DNA of 64,000 bases, taken from positions 12,320 to 76,319 of the forward strand of contig JAFLZV010000001.1 of NCBI GenBank assembly GCA_029785375.1, read 5' to 3'. This document shows, piece by piece, positions 9,117-18,720 of the stretch (position 1 is the stretch's first letter; every line of letters starts with the position of its first letter). Under the pieces are notes generated by a model, which did not search any database, had not been told where the DNA came from, and was given only the letters and a program-made list of their open reading frames with translations. The position numbers and the translations under genes were made by a program. Origin of the DNA: Nitrososphaerota archaeon. GTDB lineage: Archaea; Thermoproteota; Nitrososphaeria; Nitrososphaerales; Gagatemarchaeaceae.

Positions 9117-9799
9117 TTCCCGCCCGGGTGGTGGTCGACGAGAGGGAGAGGGCGAGCGGGGTCCCTGACGAGCTGGCCAAGCTCAACGTCAGGGTGTACT
9201 TCAGCAGGCTCCCGGTGGCGGATTATGTCCTCAACCCCGAGATTGCCGTAGAGAGGAAGTCTGTCAGGGACCTGGTCGCGTCAGTCTACGACTCGCGCAT
9301 ATTCGACCAGGCGGCGAAGATCTCTGCGGCCTACGCAAAGCCGTTCCTGGTGGTCGAAGGGGACTCCAAGGAGGTCGCCATCCTGGCAAGGAACATGAAG
9401 TCGTTCTTCGGGGCCATCGCCAACGTGTCCATCGCCTACGGGCTGAGGGTGCTTTACACGGCGAACCAGAGGGAGACCGCCCTCGCCATCTCAGAGTTAC
9501 TCGTCCAGGCCAGGGCTAAGCCCCTCGCCAGGATGCCGTCGGAGGTCCCCCGCAAGGCGAAGAGCACCCCCCTGCAGCAGGTCTACCTGCTTTCGTCCCT
9601 CCCTGGGGTCGGGAGAAGGCTGGCGGAGAAGCTCCTGTCGAAATACGGCACCCCCAGACGGGTGATGGCCCTCACCGCGGGGGAGCTGGCCATGACCGGA
9701 GGCATAGGCTGGAAGAGGGCCGAGAAGATCAAGGAGGTGCTGGACTCGAAATATGCGAGGTACGTCGAAGCTGCCCCGCAGTCGAGGCTGGAAGGATGA
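9113..9799 (+). CDS. xpf: ERCC4/XPF-family structure-specific nuclease, short form (nuclease + HhH2)
   Basis: VADYVL...AVERKSVRDLVAS (ERK motif) and C-terminal HhH2 LSSLPGVGRRLAEKLL...GGIGWKRAEKI. GTG start at 9113 overlaps the ecfT stop (GTGA). Confidence 0.8.
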   Translation: MIPARVVVDERERASGVPDELAKLNVRVYFSRLPVADYVLNPEIAVERKSVRDLVASVYDSRIFDQAAKISAAYAKPFLVVEGDSKEVAILARNMKSFFGAIANVSIAYGLRVLYTANQRETALAISELLVQARAKPLARMPSEVPRKAKSTPLQQVYLLSSLPGVGRRLAEKLLSKYGTPRRVMALTAGELAMTGGIGWKRAEKIKEVLDSKYARYVEAAPQSRLEG

Positions 9800-10422
9800 A
9801 GGTCGCGGTTCTCGGAGGGACAGGCCGCATGGGAAGGGCCATCGCCAGGCAGCTTTCCCGGCACAACGAAGTGGTGATCGGTTCCCGGGACCCGTCGAGG
9901 GCCTCGGAGGCGGCCAGGCTGATTCACGGGGCGACCGGGTCAGACTACCTCGGCGCCTCGGAGGCCGCGGATGTCGTGGTCTTCACAGTCCCCTATGAGG
10001 CCCTGGGCGCTGCGGCGGGGCTCGCCGCTGCGCTCTCGGGGAAGGTGGTGGTCTCAGCGGTCAACCCGCTGAGGGTCGAGGCTGGGCTTCTACGGTACGG
10101 GCTGGAAGAGGGGTCCGCGGCGGAGGAGCTTGCCGGCCTCCTCCGGGAGAGCAGAGTGGCCACGGCGTTCAACCATGTCTCTTCTCTGTTCTTCGAGAGG
10201 GACGAGCCGGTCGCCATGGACATACTTGTGGCTGCGGAGACCAGGGAGACGTTCGAGGTGGTCTCAGGGTTGGTGAAGTCCATCCCGAACCTCAGGCCGC
10301 TCTACGCCGGGCCCCTCTCCCAGGCCCGGGTCATCGAAAGGATGACCCCCCTGGTCCTCAACCTCGCCAAGCTCAACAAGACAGGAAGCTTGACCACGAG
10401 GTTCGTCTCCGTAAGGGGATAG
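9796..10422 (+). CDS. npdG: NADPH-dependent F420 reductase (NpdG/Fno family)
   Basis: MKVAVLGGTGRMGRAIARQL Rossmann N-terminus. 208 aa, family-typical length. Confidence 0.75.
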   Translation: MKVAVLGGTGRMGRAIARQLSRHNEVVIGSRDPSRASEAARLIHGATGSDYLGASEAADVVVFTVPYEALGAAAGLAAALSGKVVVSAVNPLRVEAGLLRYGLEEGSAAEELAGLLRESRVATAFNHVSSLFFERDEPVAMDILVAAETRETFEVVSGLVKSIPNLRPLYAGPLSQARVIERMTPLVLNLAKLNKTGSLTTRFVSVRG

Positions 10423-10450
10423 AGGAGGCCGGAGCGGTCATGCCCCGCGC

Positions 10451-10978
10451 CTAGGATCCGGGATACTGGCTCAGCCCGTCCTGCCATCCGGCATAGAGGA
10501 CCGGCCTGTACCTACGGTAGTCCCAGAAGCCGCTGAAGGCGCCCGCAGCGCGGGCGTCCTCTACGCGCGCGACCAGGAGCAGGTGGTCGCCGAGGCGGCG
10601 GGTCGCCTGCAGCCTGCATTCCAGGGTCGCCACCGCTGCGTCGAGGACCGGGACCTTCAGCTTCACCCCCTCCGAGTATTTCAGCCCGGCCTCTGCGAGC
10701 TTGTCCTTCACCGCGGCACCGCTGGCGGTGGCCAGCTTCGACAGGGCTGACGATCTCTCTCTGCCGACGATTGAGAGGGAGAAGCAGCGCGCCTTCCTGG
10801 CTAGCCTGCATGTGTAGCCCCGAGGAGCGCACGCCACGGCGACCATCGGCGGGCGCTCGGAGACAGACAGGTAGGACACCACGGGCATGGCCGAGACCCT
10901 GGCCCCTGCCTTCGCGGCCATCACCAGAGGGACCTGAGGATAGAAGAGGCGGTGGACTAGCGACGGGTCGATGCCCAT
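10451..10978 (-). CDS. Flavin reductase-like FMN-binding domain protein
   Basis: 175 aa. LFYPQVPLVMAAKAG...SAMPVVSYLSVSERPPMVAVAC is typical of the Flavin_Reduct family. Confidence 0.7.
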   Translation of the reverse strand: MGIDPSLVHRLFYPQVPLVMAAKAGARVSAMPVVSYLSVSERPPMVAVACAPRGYTCRLARKARCFSLSIVGRERSSALSKLATASGAAVKDKLAEAGLKYSEGVKLKVPVLDAAVATLECRLQATRRLGDHLLLVARVEDARAAGAFSGFWDYRRYRPVLYAGWQDGLSQYPGS

Positions 10979-11051
10979 GGGGCAAGCGGTGGGACTCCGG
11001 TTAGTTAAGTGGAGGCGCAGGCGCGGGCGACTCTGCGGAACCCGCGCGCCC

Positions 11052-13457
11052 CTATCTTCGCGGGCTCTTCAGGAGGCGCTTGCGGACGCCGGAGTTGATC
11101 TCTAGCCGCTCGAGGGCCCTGACGAGGCTGGACCCGCCCAGCTTCATCCTCCTGCCTGAGAGGAACCTCTTCACCTTAGCTTCCCTGGCCACCCCGCAGA
11201 CAGGGAGGATGCGCATCATGTAGAGGTAGAACTGCTGCGACCCTCCGTACATGTCGTAGATGGCGTCGTAGTGCTCGGAGAGCCACGCCCAGTAGACGTC
11301 CCGGGCACTGGTGTTGAGGGCGCCGAAGGCCATCGGGTAGGCTGAGTCCGAGCGGCTGACATCCTTGCTAATCCCTAGGTCTAGGGCCTTTTCGACCAGC
11401 GCCGGGTCCTTGAAGGAGTAGAGGGCCTCGTAGATCTTCGCCCTGTCCACCTCACCCTGCAGCGTCTTCACCATCTCTACGAGAGGCCCCATGGCCTTCT
11501 CCCCGTAGGTTATGGCATAGGCTGAAGCGACTGCCCCCTTCAGGTTCGGGTCGAGGTCTTGGTAGTGATCGAACCTCTTGGCGAGCTTGGCAGCGTAGGC
11601 GTAGTCGACGCCGACGTACTGCGAAACAAGAGCCTCCCTGGCCGCGCCCAGATATTCAGGCTCGCCGGGCTTCGGGTCCTCCCCTATGCTGGCGATGAGA
11701 GGCGGATAGAACTTCGGGTAGACGGAGTGGAGCCCTGGCGAGTCCCAGGCGATGGCGTTGAGAAGATGCAGCTGCTCGGCGGCCACCTGGATCGTGAGGT
11801 TGTCGGGGGTCCCGCCGCACAGAGCGATGAACCTGAAGTACTCCGCCGGGTCGATCTCCCCCGCCTGCAGGAAGAGGAAGAGGTCGTTGATTAGGCCTGC
11901 CCTGTCGTAGGAGTTGAGGTCGGCGAACCCCGCCGCCAGCCTCTCGTACCCTTTACTGTCGTAGCGGGTGACGTGGAAGCCCCCTCTCCCAGGGTTGACT
12001 AGCACGTCCTGGCCCCCTACGTCGAGCGTCATTGACCTCTTGTCGAAGAAGACCTTTGTCTCCTTCCCCCCGGCGCTGACTGCGGTCGTAATCGGCCATG
12101 GAGGAGCAGAGACGCTCCCGGTGATCATGAACCTCTTCTGGGTGAGCCTGACCTTCTTCCCTTCGGAGCGGACCTCGACCACGGGGAAACCCGGCCTGGT
12201 GAGCCACCCCTTGGCCACCTTGCTCACTGGGAGGCTGGAGGCCCTGCCTAGGGAGTCCCAGAGGTCCTTCCCTGAAGCGTTGGAGAAGCTGAACTTCTTG
12301 AGATAGTCAGACACCCCCCTCCTGAAGGCATCCTCCCCCACGTAAGACTCGAGCATCCTCAATATGCTCCCTCCCTTGTTGTAGCTGATCTGATCGAACA
12401 TGTGCATTGCGTCTTCTACCCGCCGGACATGGGCCTGGACAGGGTGCGTGTTCTTGACCGCGTCGAGGTTGAGCGCCATGAGGGTCTCGTCCATTAGGAA
12501 GATGCTCATGGTGTCCCACTCCGGCCTGAGCCGGTCCGTCATCTTGTACCCCATGAAGGTGGCGAAGCTCTCGTTCAGCCAGAGGTCGTCCCACCACTTC
12601 ATCGTCACGAGGTCGCCGAACCACTGGTGCGCCACTTCGTGGACCATCGACATGGCCCCCCTGTTCTTCTGTCGGAAGGCGGCGCCCTCGGTGACAAGGG
12701 CGTAGCTCTCCCTAGAGGAGATCGCCCCCCAGTTCTCCATGGCGCCTGTGTGGTATTCGGGGAGGGCTACGATGTGGAGCTTCTTCAACGGGTATGGGAC
12801 ACCAAAGTAGTCTGCAAAGTCATGTACAGAGCCGGACGCCATCCTGAGGGCCAGCTCGGAGTTCTTGGCCTGGCCAGGCCGGGTGGCGGTGATGACCTCG
12901 ACGTCCCCGGAGCGGGTCCTGGTCTCCTCCATGTTGCCGATGGCGAAGAAGAGGAGGTATGTCGACATCCGGGGGGTCTCTTCGAACACATGCCTCGTCC
13001 TCCCCCCTCCAAGGTCCTCGGCGCGGGCCTCCTGGGTGTTGGCGATGACCTTGAGCCCGGACTCGGCGGTGATCTCGAGCCTGAACGCGGCCTTGTACGA
13101 TGGTTCGTCGACGCATGGGAATACGGTCCTGGCTTCGGCTGGCTCCAGGTCAGTGGCGAGGATGTAGTCCTTCCCGTACTTCGACTTGTAGAGCCCGAAG
13201 ATGACGTCGTCGGTCACCTGCTTGGCGTAGGATATGTCCACCTTCGACAGCTTCCGTGGGACCCCCGAGATGAGCAGCTTGGACCTTTTCTTGTCGTGCC
13301 GGAACCTCGCCGCCTTCCCGTCGACCTTGACCGACCCCACATCCAGTGCCGAGCAGTCCAGCGACAGCGAGGCGGGGGACCCCTTGACCGCCACGGTCTC
13401 CTCGCCTTTCAGGCGGGCCTTTCGAAAGTCGACGTCGAGCCTGAGGTCATAGGACAC
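11052..13457 (-). CDS. M1-family zinc aminopeptidase (tricorn-interacting factor F2/F3-like)
   Basis: 801 aa. GAMENWG exopeptidase motif and HEVAHQWFGDLVTMKWWDDLWLNESFA (HExxH-x18-E). Confidence 0.9.
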   Translation of the reverse strand: MSYDLRLDVDFRKARLKGEETVAVKGSPASLSLDCSALDVGSVKVDGKAARFRHDKKRSKLLISGVPRKLSKVDISYAKQVTDDVIFGLYKSKYGKDYILATDLEPAEARTVFPCVDEPSYKAAFRLEITAESGLKVIANTQEARAEDLGGGRTRHVFEETPRMSTYLLFFAIGNMEETRTRSGDVEVITATRPGQAKNSELALRMASGSVHDFADYFGVPYPLKKLHIVALPEYHTGAMENWGAISSRESYALVTEGAAFRQKNRGAMSMVHEVAHQWFGDLVTMKWWDDLWLNESFATFMGYKMTDRLRPEWDTMSIFLMDETLMALNLDAVKNTHPVQAHVRRVEDAMHMFDQISYNKGGSILRMLESYVGEDAFRRGVSDYLKKFSFSNASGKDLWDSLGRASSLPVSKVAKGWLTRPGFPVVEVRSEGKKVRLTQKRFMITGSVSAPPWPITTAVSAGGKETKVFFDKRSMTLDVGGQDVLVNPGRGGFHVTRYDSKGYERLAAGFADLNSYDRAGLINDLFLFLQAGEIDPAEYFRFIALCGGTPDNLTIQVAAEQLHLLNAIAWDSPGLHSVYPKFYPPLIASIGEDPKPGEPEYLGAAREALVSQYVGVDYAYAAKLAKRFDHYQDLDPNLKGAVASAYAITYGEKAMGPLVEMVKTLQGEVDRAKIYEALYSFKDPALVEKALDLGISKDVSRSDSAYPMAFGALNTSARDVYWAWLSEHYDAIYDMYGGSQQFYLYMMRILPVCGVAREAKVKRFLSGRRMKLGGSSLVRALERLEINSGVRKRLLKSPRR

Positions 13458-13521
13458 AATCTCCGTTCCTGACCACCGGCCTCTGGGCCGCCGAGAGCCC
13501 CCTTAAAGGATGCTTGACGGC

Positions 13522-15746
13522 CTATTCCTTGTCGATGAATTCCTCGGCCTTCGGCGGGTCCGGCGGGAGTCCCTTGCGCTTCCTGATGTCCGTGACCAGC
13601 CCCCACAGCATGTTCTGAGGGACCGCCTGCCACGTCTTGAAGTGGGTGTTCCAGACAGCCTTGCCCGCCGTGGCTCCTCTCATCTTCTCGCTCAGGTCGA
13701 ACGTCTCGGCCGCGGGGATCTCTCCCTCCACCACTGTCATGACCTCCTTCTGGTCTATCCTGACCAGCTTCCCCCTCTTCGCGCTGATGACCCCGGTCAC
13801 CGCGCCTATGAGGTCTGACGGCCCCTTCACCTCTATCCCCAGTATGGGCTCCAGGAGAGTGGGGTTGGCTGACAGCATGGCCCCGAGTATGGCCCTCCGT
13901 GAAGCGGGCATGAGCTGGGCGTAGGTCCGGTGGGCTGGGTCCTCGTGGGGGACGAAGTTGGTGAGTGCCACCTTGACCCCTCGGGTGAACTCGTAGGCGA
14001 GCGGCCCGTTCTTCATGATGTCGTCGAAGCCTGCCCTGATGGAGTCCATCGACTCCTGCAGGAACTGGACCCCCTTGGTGACCTCGGTCAGGATGTTGCC
14101 CCTCTCGTCGACGGCCTGGAAGTTGCGGGCCTGGTCGGGGTCCCATCCGTGGTCGCGGAGGGTCTTGATCACCCCCTTCGTCTCCACGTTCTCGCTTATG
14201 GTCCCGTTGCGGATTAGCTCGACGACGTCGGGCTCAAGGGGCTCGACCTCGATGAAGATCTTGTTGTGCCTGTTAGGAGACCTGGCCATGATGGGGCCGG
14301 CGCGCGCGCGGATGGTCTCCCTGTAGTTGATGATTGGCGGCGAGGTGATGATCTCCAGCCCCGCCTGCTGAATCTGCGTGGTGGCTATCTCGAGGTGGAG
14401 CACCCCCATCCCTGCCATGAGGGTCTCCCCGGACTCCTGGTTGATCGTTATGACGAGGTTCGGGTCCTCGATGTTGAGCCTCCGCATCACCTCGACGAGC
14501 TTGGGGAGATCCCTCGGGTGCTTCGCCTCCACCGCCACAGTGACGACGGGCTCGCTGACATAGTGGATGGACTCGAACGTGGCGACCCCCTTCTGGTTCG
14601 AGATGGTCTCCCCCGACCTGATGTCCAGGCCGAGGAGCGCCGGGATGTTACCCGCAGGGAGCGAATCGACTATCTCCCGCTGAAAGCCCATGAATATCTG
14701 GACCGACTGTATCTTCCCCTCTCTCTTCGAGTTGAGAAGGTAGACCGTGTCGCCGTTGCTGACGCTGCCGGAGAAGAGCCTCCCGGTGGCCACGAGCCCC
14801 GCGGCGGGGTCGACGACCACGTTGGTGACCATCATGACCGTGGGTCCGTTCTCGTCGCAGGCGAGGAGGGCCTTCCCTACGTCGCTGTTGAGGTCCCCCT
14901 GTGGCCAGATCTTCGGGATGCGGTAGGTCTGGGCGACGTGAGGAGGCGGATGGTGCCTGACGACCATGCCCAGCAGAGCCTCGTGGAGAGGGAGCTTCTT
15001 GCCGAGCTCCTCCGGAGTCGAACTCTGATACGCGTTGATGATGTCCTTGAACGACATCCCCGCGGCCTTCGCCATGTCGAAGTTGAATCCCCACTTGTCC
15101 TTCGATGACCCGAACGCGACCTGGGCGTCCTGGACCGAGACCTTCCACTTCTGCTTGTACTCCGGTTCGGCGTATGTCTCGACGAGACGGTTGAAGTCCC
15201 TCACGATGCCGAAGAGCCACTCCTGCATCTTCTCAGGGGAGAGGCGGAGCTCCTTGATCAGCCGGTCGATTTTGTTGATGTAGACGACGGGGCGGACGCG
15301 CTCTTCAAGGGCCGAACGGGTCACAGTTTCGGTCTGGGTCATAATGGATTCGACGGCGTCGACTACGACAATTGCGCCGTCAACCGCCCGTAAGCTTCGA
15401 ACTACCTTGCCGGAAAAATCAATGTGTCCGGGAGTATCAATCAGGTTGATGACATAGGGCTTCCCCGCGGACTCGTAGTACAGCGTCACGTTGGCGGCTT
15501 TGATGGTCATCTGTCTTTGCTGCTCGAGTTCCATGTAGTCGAGAGCTAACGCTTGCCCTGCCACCGAAGGCGACAACATGCCAGTCGCAGCTAGGAGACT
15601 ATCGCTTGTGGTTGTCTCTATGGCAACGCCGAATGACTATCGGCGTTGATACCATGGTCCACGTGAGCGATGATTCCAAGGTTGCGTATCTGGTCCTTGT
15701 TGTGGACTATCTTCAGGGCTTCTGCTGTCGTCTTGAACTTCGGCAT
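13522..15746 (-). CDS. fusA: Translation elongation factor aEF-2, interrupted: exon 2 = 13522..15617, exon 1 = 15650..15746
   Basis: ATG 15746 gives MPKFKTTAEALKIVHNKDQIRNLGIIAHVDHG. After a 32-nt insert the frame of ORF 13522..15579 continues as KTTTSDSLLAATGMLSPSVAGQALALDYMELEQ...DTPGHIDF...HEDPAHR. The joined CDS is 2193 nt (730 aa), a normal aEF-2 length. Confidence 0.85.
15618..15649 (-). other. 32-nt insert in the aEF-2 P-loop Lys codon; candidate bulge-helix-bulge (BHB) mRNA intron
   Basis: RNA: UCAACGCCGAUAGUCAUUCGGCGUUGCCAUAG. Central 4-bp helix AUGG (15655-15652) / CCAU (15623-15620), 3-nt bulges UA|U and AG|A, inner 9-bp stem CAACGCCGA/UCGGCGUUG with a 7-nt loop. Removal joins GGU-A + AG-ACA-ACC into G-K-T-T. 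Confidence 0.6.
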
Positions 15747-15801
15747 AGTCCTTTCACTAAGTCTGCCCTTATGAAGTGGTTATGAACGTTTCCTTATCAG
15801 A

Positions 15802-16856
15802 TAGATTGTAGCATAATGTTCTCTGCCGCTCCAGTATCTCTAGCTCGACCCGTCGTCCGCCACCTCTCGGCTCAGAAGGACATGAACCTGTTGTAGAGCA
15901 CCACCTTCAGGGTGGCCTCTGCCTTCTGGCTCAGGAACCTCCTCGCCATGAGGGTGTCCCCGAGGACCCTCTTGAACGCAGAGAAGACTATCTCTGCCAT
16001 CCACCTCTTGCCGTAGCCCTTCAGCTCCTTCCACTTCTCGTACCCGACCCTGCGCACGAGGATCGCCTCGTCCTTCCTGAGGGGGGACCACTTGGCCTTC
16101 TCCGACGCGTTCTTCCTGAGCTTGATGGCAGGGTCGATGCCACGCTCGTGCATAGGGAAGTTCCTCCTGGAGTCGTAGGCAGAGTCCGCGTACGCCCTCG
16201 CCACCCTCCTCTTCCTTGCGACCTCCCTGACCATCGGGACGAACTTCTTCGTGTCCCCGGTCTTCTCGGACGTCACCCTGAACCCGACGATCTTCCCCGT
16301 CTTCCCATCCGCGACGACGTGGAGCTTGATGAACTTCCTCTTCTCCTTCCTCCAGATCGCCTCGATGTAGGAGCCCTTGTTCGTGGTGGAGAGGCCCGTC
16401 GAGTCGACGACCACGGTGATGGCGTCGTCGTCTTTCCCCTCCGCCATCTTTTCCACGTATTCTGGCTTCTTCCTCTTGACCATCGCCAGTATCCTCCTCC
16501 TGACCTGTGTGAAGTGCATCTCTTTAACGAAAGCGAGGTACTCGGAGAGTGACCCGGTCATGCCCTCTATCACCCTGTACGGCGCGTTGAACCCTACCCT
16601 GAAGAAGGACAGGAACTCGATGTAGGACTCTGGGAACTCGTACGGCCTCCCCGTCTTGTCGCCGTTCATCCCCTCAAGTTCGTCGTTCCAGCGACTGGCG
16701 AAGCCGAGGTCGAACAGGACCCTCCCTCTCTCCACCAGGGATTCGTTGTAGTCGTGCCATGACATTCCACGAGGCATGCCTCAACCGAGGCCGTGAGCGG
16801 ATTACGGAGGCAGGACAAGGGCGATAGACACAGAACTCAAGTTATGCTACAATCTA
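15802..16856 (-). mobile_element. Insertion sequence (1055 bp), one DDE transposase; IS5/IS4-like by architecture
   Basis: 15-bp terminal inverted repeats TAGATTGTAGCATAA (15802-15816) / TTATGCTACAATCTA (16842-16856), flanked by a 9-bp direct repeat CTTATCAGA (15793-15801 and 16857-16865). Confidence 0.85.
15872..16777 (-). CDS. DDE-type transposase of the IS
   Basis: 301 aa. Candidate catalytic segments VVVDSTG, AYADSAYD, GKRWMAEIVFSAFKR. Fills the IS between its inverted repeats. Confidence 0.85.
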   Translation of the reverse strand: MPRGMSWHDYNESLVERGRVLFDLGFASRWNDELEGMNGDKTGRPYEFPESYIEFLSFFRVGFNAPYRVIEGMTGSLSEYLAFVKEMHFTQVRRRILAMVKRKKPEYVEKMAEGKDDDAITVVVDSTGLSTTNKGSYIEAIWRKEKRKFIKLHVVADGKTGKIVGFRVTSEKTGDTKKFVPMVREVARKRRVARAYADSAYDSRRNFPMHERGIDPAIKLRKNASEKAKWSPLRKDEAILVRRVGYEKWKELKGYGKRWMAEIVFSAFKRVLGDTLMARRFLSQKAEATLKVVLYNRFMSF

Positions 16857-16864
16857 CTTATCAG

Positions 16865-16976
16865 AGCGTTGTTGAATAACTCCGAATCAGACCAGATTTA
16901 TGTTAAGTCGCACAGGAGTGGCTCGCCAGACAACCAGGTAGAATTATCATAGACACAGTAGTTATTCAACAAGCCT
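16865..16976. mobile_element. MITE-like non-autonomous element (about 112 bp)
   Basis: 17-bp imperfect terminal inverted repeats AGCGTTGTTGAATAACT (16865-16881) / AGTTATTCAACAAGCCT (16960-16976; 2 mismatches, 13-bp perfect core). No ORF. Flanked by CTTATCAG (16857-16864 and 16977-16984). Confidence 0.5.
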
Positions 16977-17011
16977 CTTATCAGGGGTCTCCTGTTAAGT
17001 TATCTGCGCTG

Positions 17012-18659
17012 TCACTGAAAGGGATTTGGGAAGGGCATTTCCGGCCATTTCTTCTCGAGTAGTTGCTTCACGGTGACAATCTGAATCTTCGGGTATTTCC
17101 TACCCCAAGTTGGCGATTCGTAGTATTCAGCGTCCCTCGCTTCCGTCTTCATGGGTTCAGTTGGCTCATCTAGGGTTATCAGAATCCCCATTGCGGCTTT
17201 CCAGTTGTTGACAGTCCCAATCAAATCCCGTACGTCGCTCGCGCCTACGTTCTCGCCACCCTTGGCTTGGATGATAATCCTTCGGAAGTTGGGGTCGTTA
17301 CCCTCCTTGAAGGTGAGATAACCGTCCCTTCCTCTGTCGGCCCCCTTCTTGCCGACCTTGCTCCCTTCTGGCGCTCCGATTGGTCGGGCGTCGAGCAAAG
17401 AAAGTGACCACCACTGGAATTGGTATTTGTCGGCCTTGGCGAGGCCCTGTGCCTCATTGAATGTGGTTGGCTCCCCTATAATCTGGTAATTGCGGGGCGT
17501 GTAGACCTTCATTTCCCTTAACGCGGATTTCATAATGGAGATTGCCAGATGTGTGATGTCGATTCCTATCCAATTCCGCTTCAATTCATTGGCCTCGAAG
17601 ATTGCTGTCCCGCAACCACAGAAGGGGTCGAGAACCCAGTCGCCTTCGTCAGAACTGGCCTCTATGATTCTGTCGAGCAATGCAGCCGGCTTCTGAGTGG
17701 GATAACCAAGCCGCTTAGGAGATTGCGGTGGGATTGGGCCAATGTCAGTCCAGAGGTCTTGCACATCGACGCCACCAAGATCGTCCTTATACTGCATGAA
17801 CATCGGCGTCCCTCCCTCTTTCTTCGGCCAAGAAATGCGGCCAATCTCGTCCAGTTTGTCAAGCGCCGTTTGAACATCTGGGAACGGTCCCTTCCCCAAC
17901 AAAGGTCGGACATAGCCAGGTATCGCCCAATGCCTGCCGATCTTCGTCGGGTCAATCCCACGCCAAGGCTTTCCGGACGAGCCGTTGCGCGTTCCAGAAC
18001 CAGTTAGAAGCGTAAGTCGATATTGCCCCCTTGAATCTTCGAACTTGAAGAAATTGTCGAGGTATTCCTGCGAGTATTCGAGGGGTTTCGGATGCCAGAC
18101 ATACTCATCCGATTTGGTATAGAAGAAAATGGTATCATGAATCGGGCCATATCGATTCGCGCCGCTAGGCGTAAGTTCTCTTCCACGAAATCTCGTTCCT
18201 GAAACGAGTGGGGCCGAAAATGGTATCGAGGATGACTTTCAGGTAATGGCTCGCTGTCGGGTCACAATGGAGGTAGAGAGAGCCGTTGTCCTTCAGGACG
18301 CGATGAAGTTCTACTAGGCGAATCGCCATCATCACAAGGTAAGCGGTAAGGTCATTCCTTCCCAAGAAGGCGACGAAAGCCTTGACGGCCTCGCCTACCT
18401 CTGGGGAGCGCTCTTGTAACTCAACATAAGCAGCTTCTGCCGCATCGTCCCAATGCCAGAAATCATCGAATGCTTGAATCTGGGCCGCTGACTGTTTACC
18501 GCCCTTCTCCTTGAAGAGGACGTTGTATGTCTCCTTATTGTTGAACGGAGGGTCGAGATAAATCAGCGCGATGCTTTCAGATCGTAAGTAGTCTCTGAGG
18601 ATCTTGAGATTGTCGCCATAGAATAGGGTGTTGACCTTCGGATTGGAAGGTGAAGTCAA
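17012..18659 (-). pseudogene. N4/N6 DNA methyltransferase fused to a C-terminal Mrr-like PD-(D/E)xK domain, split by a single frameshift near 18165-18172
   Basis: N-terminal ORF 18165..18659 has motif IV (YLDPPF) and ends ...NEISWKRTYA-stop. The same protein continues in the +1 frame (SGANRYGPIHDTIFFYTKSDEYVWHPKP...) into ORF 17012..17902, which has motif I (VLDPFCGCGT) and an Mrr-like tail (GRDGYL...IIIQAKGG). Confidence 0.75.
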
Positions 18660-18720
18660 GCCCGCCGAATCGGCTCAACATATTGTATAAAGTGATTGCC
18701 TCCTTAGCGGATAATATCCT

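Noticed and set aside
13522-15746. aEF-2 as a simple frameshifted pseudogene, or as a programmed frameshift or ribosomal bypass site
   Set aside because: A frameshift would leave 10-11 foreign residues inside the GxxxxGK(T) P-loop. Reading through or landing after the insert gives G-E-T-T, with no Lys. Only exact removal of the 32 nt rebuilds AAG, and the removal points coincide with BHB bulges. Pseudogene status cannot be excluded without the rest of the genome, but the remaining 730 codons are intact.
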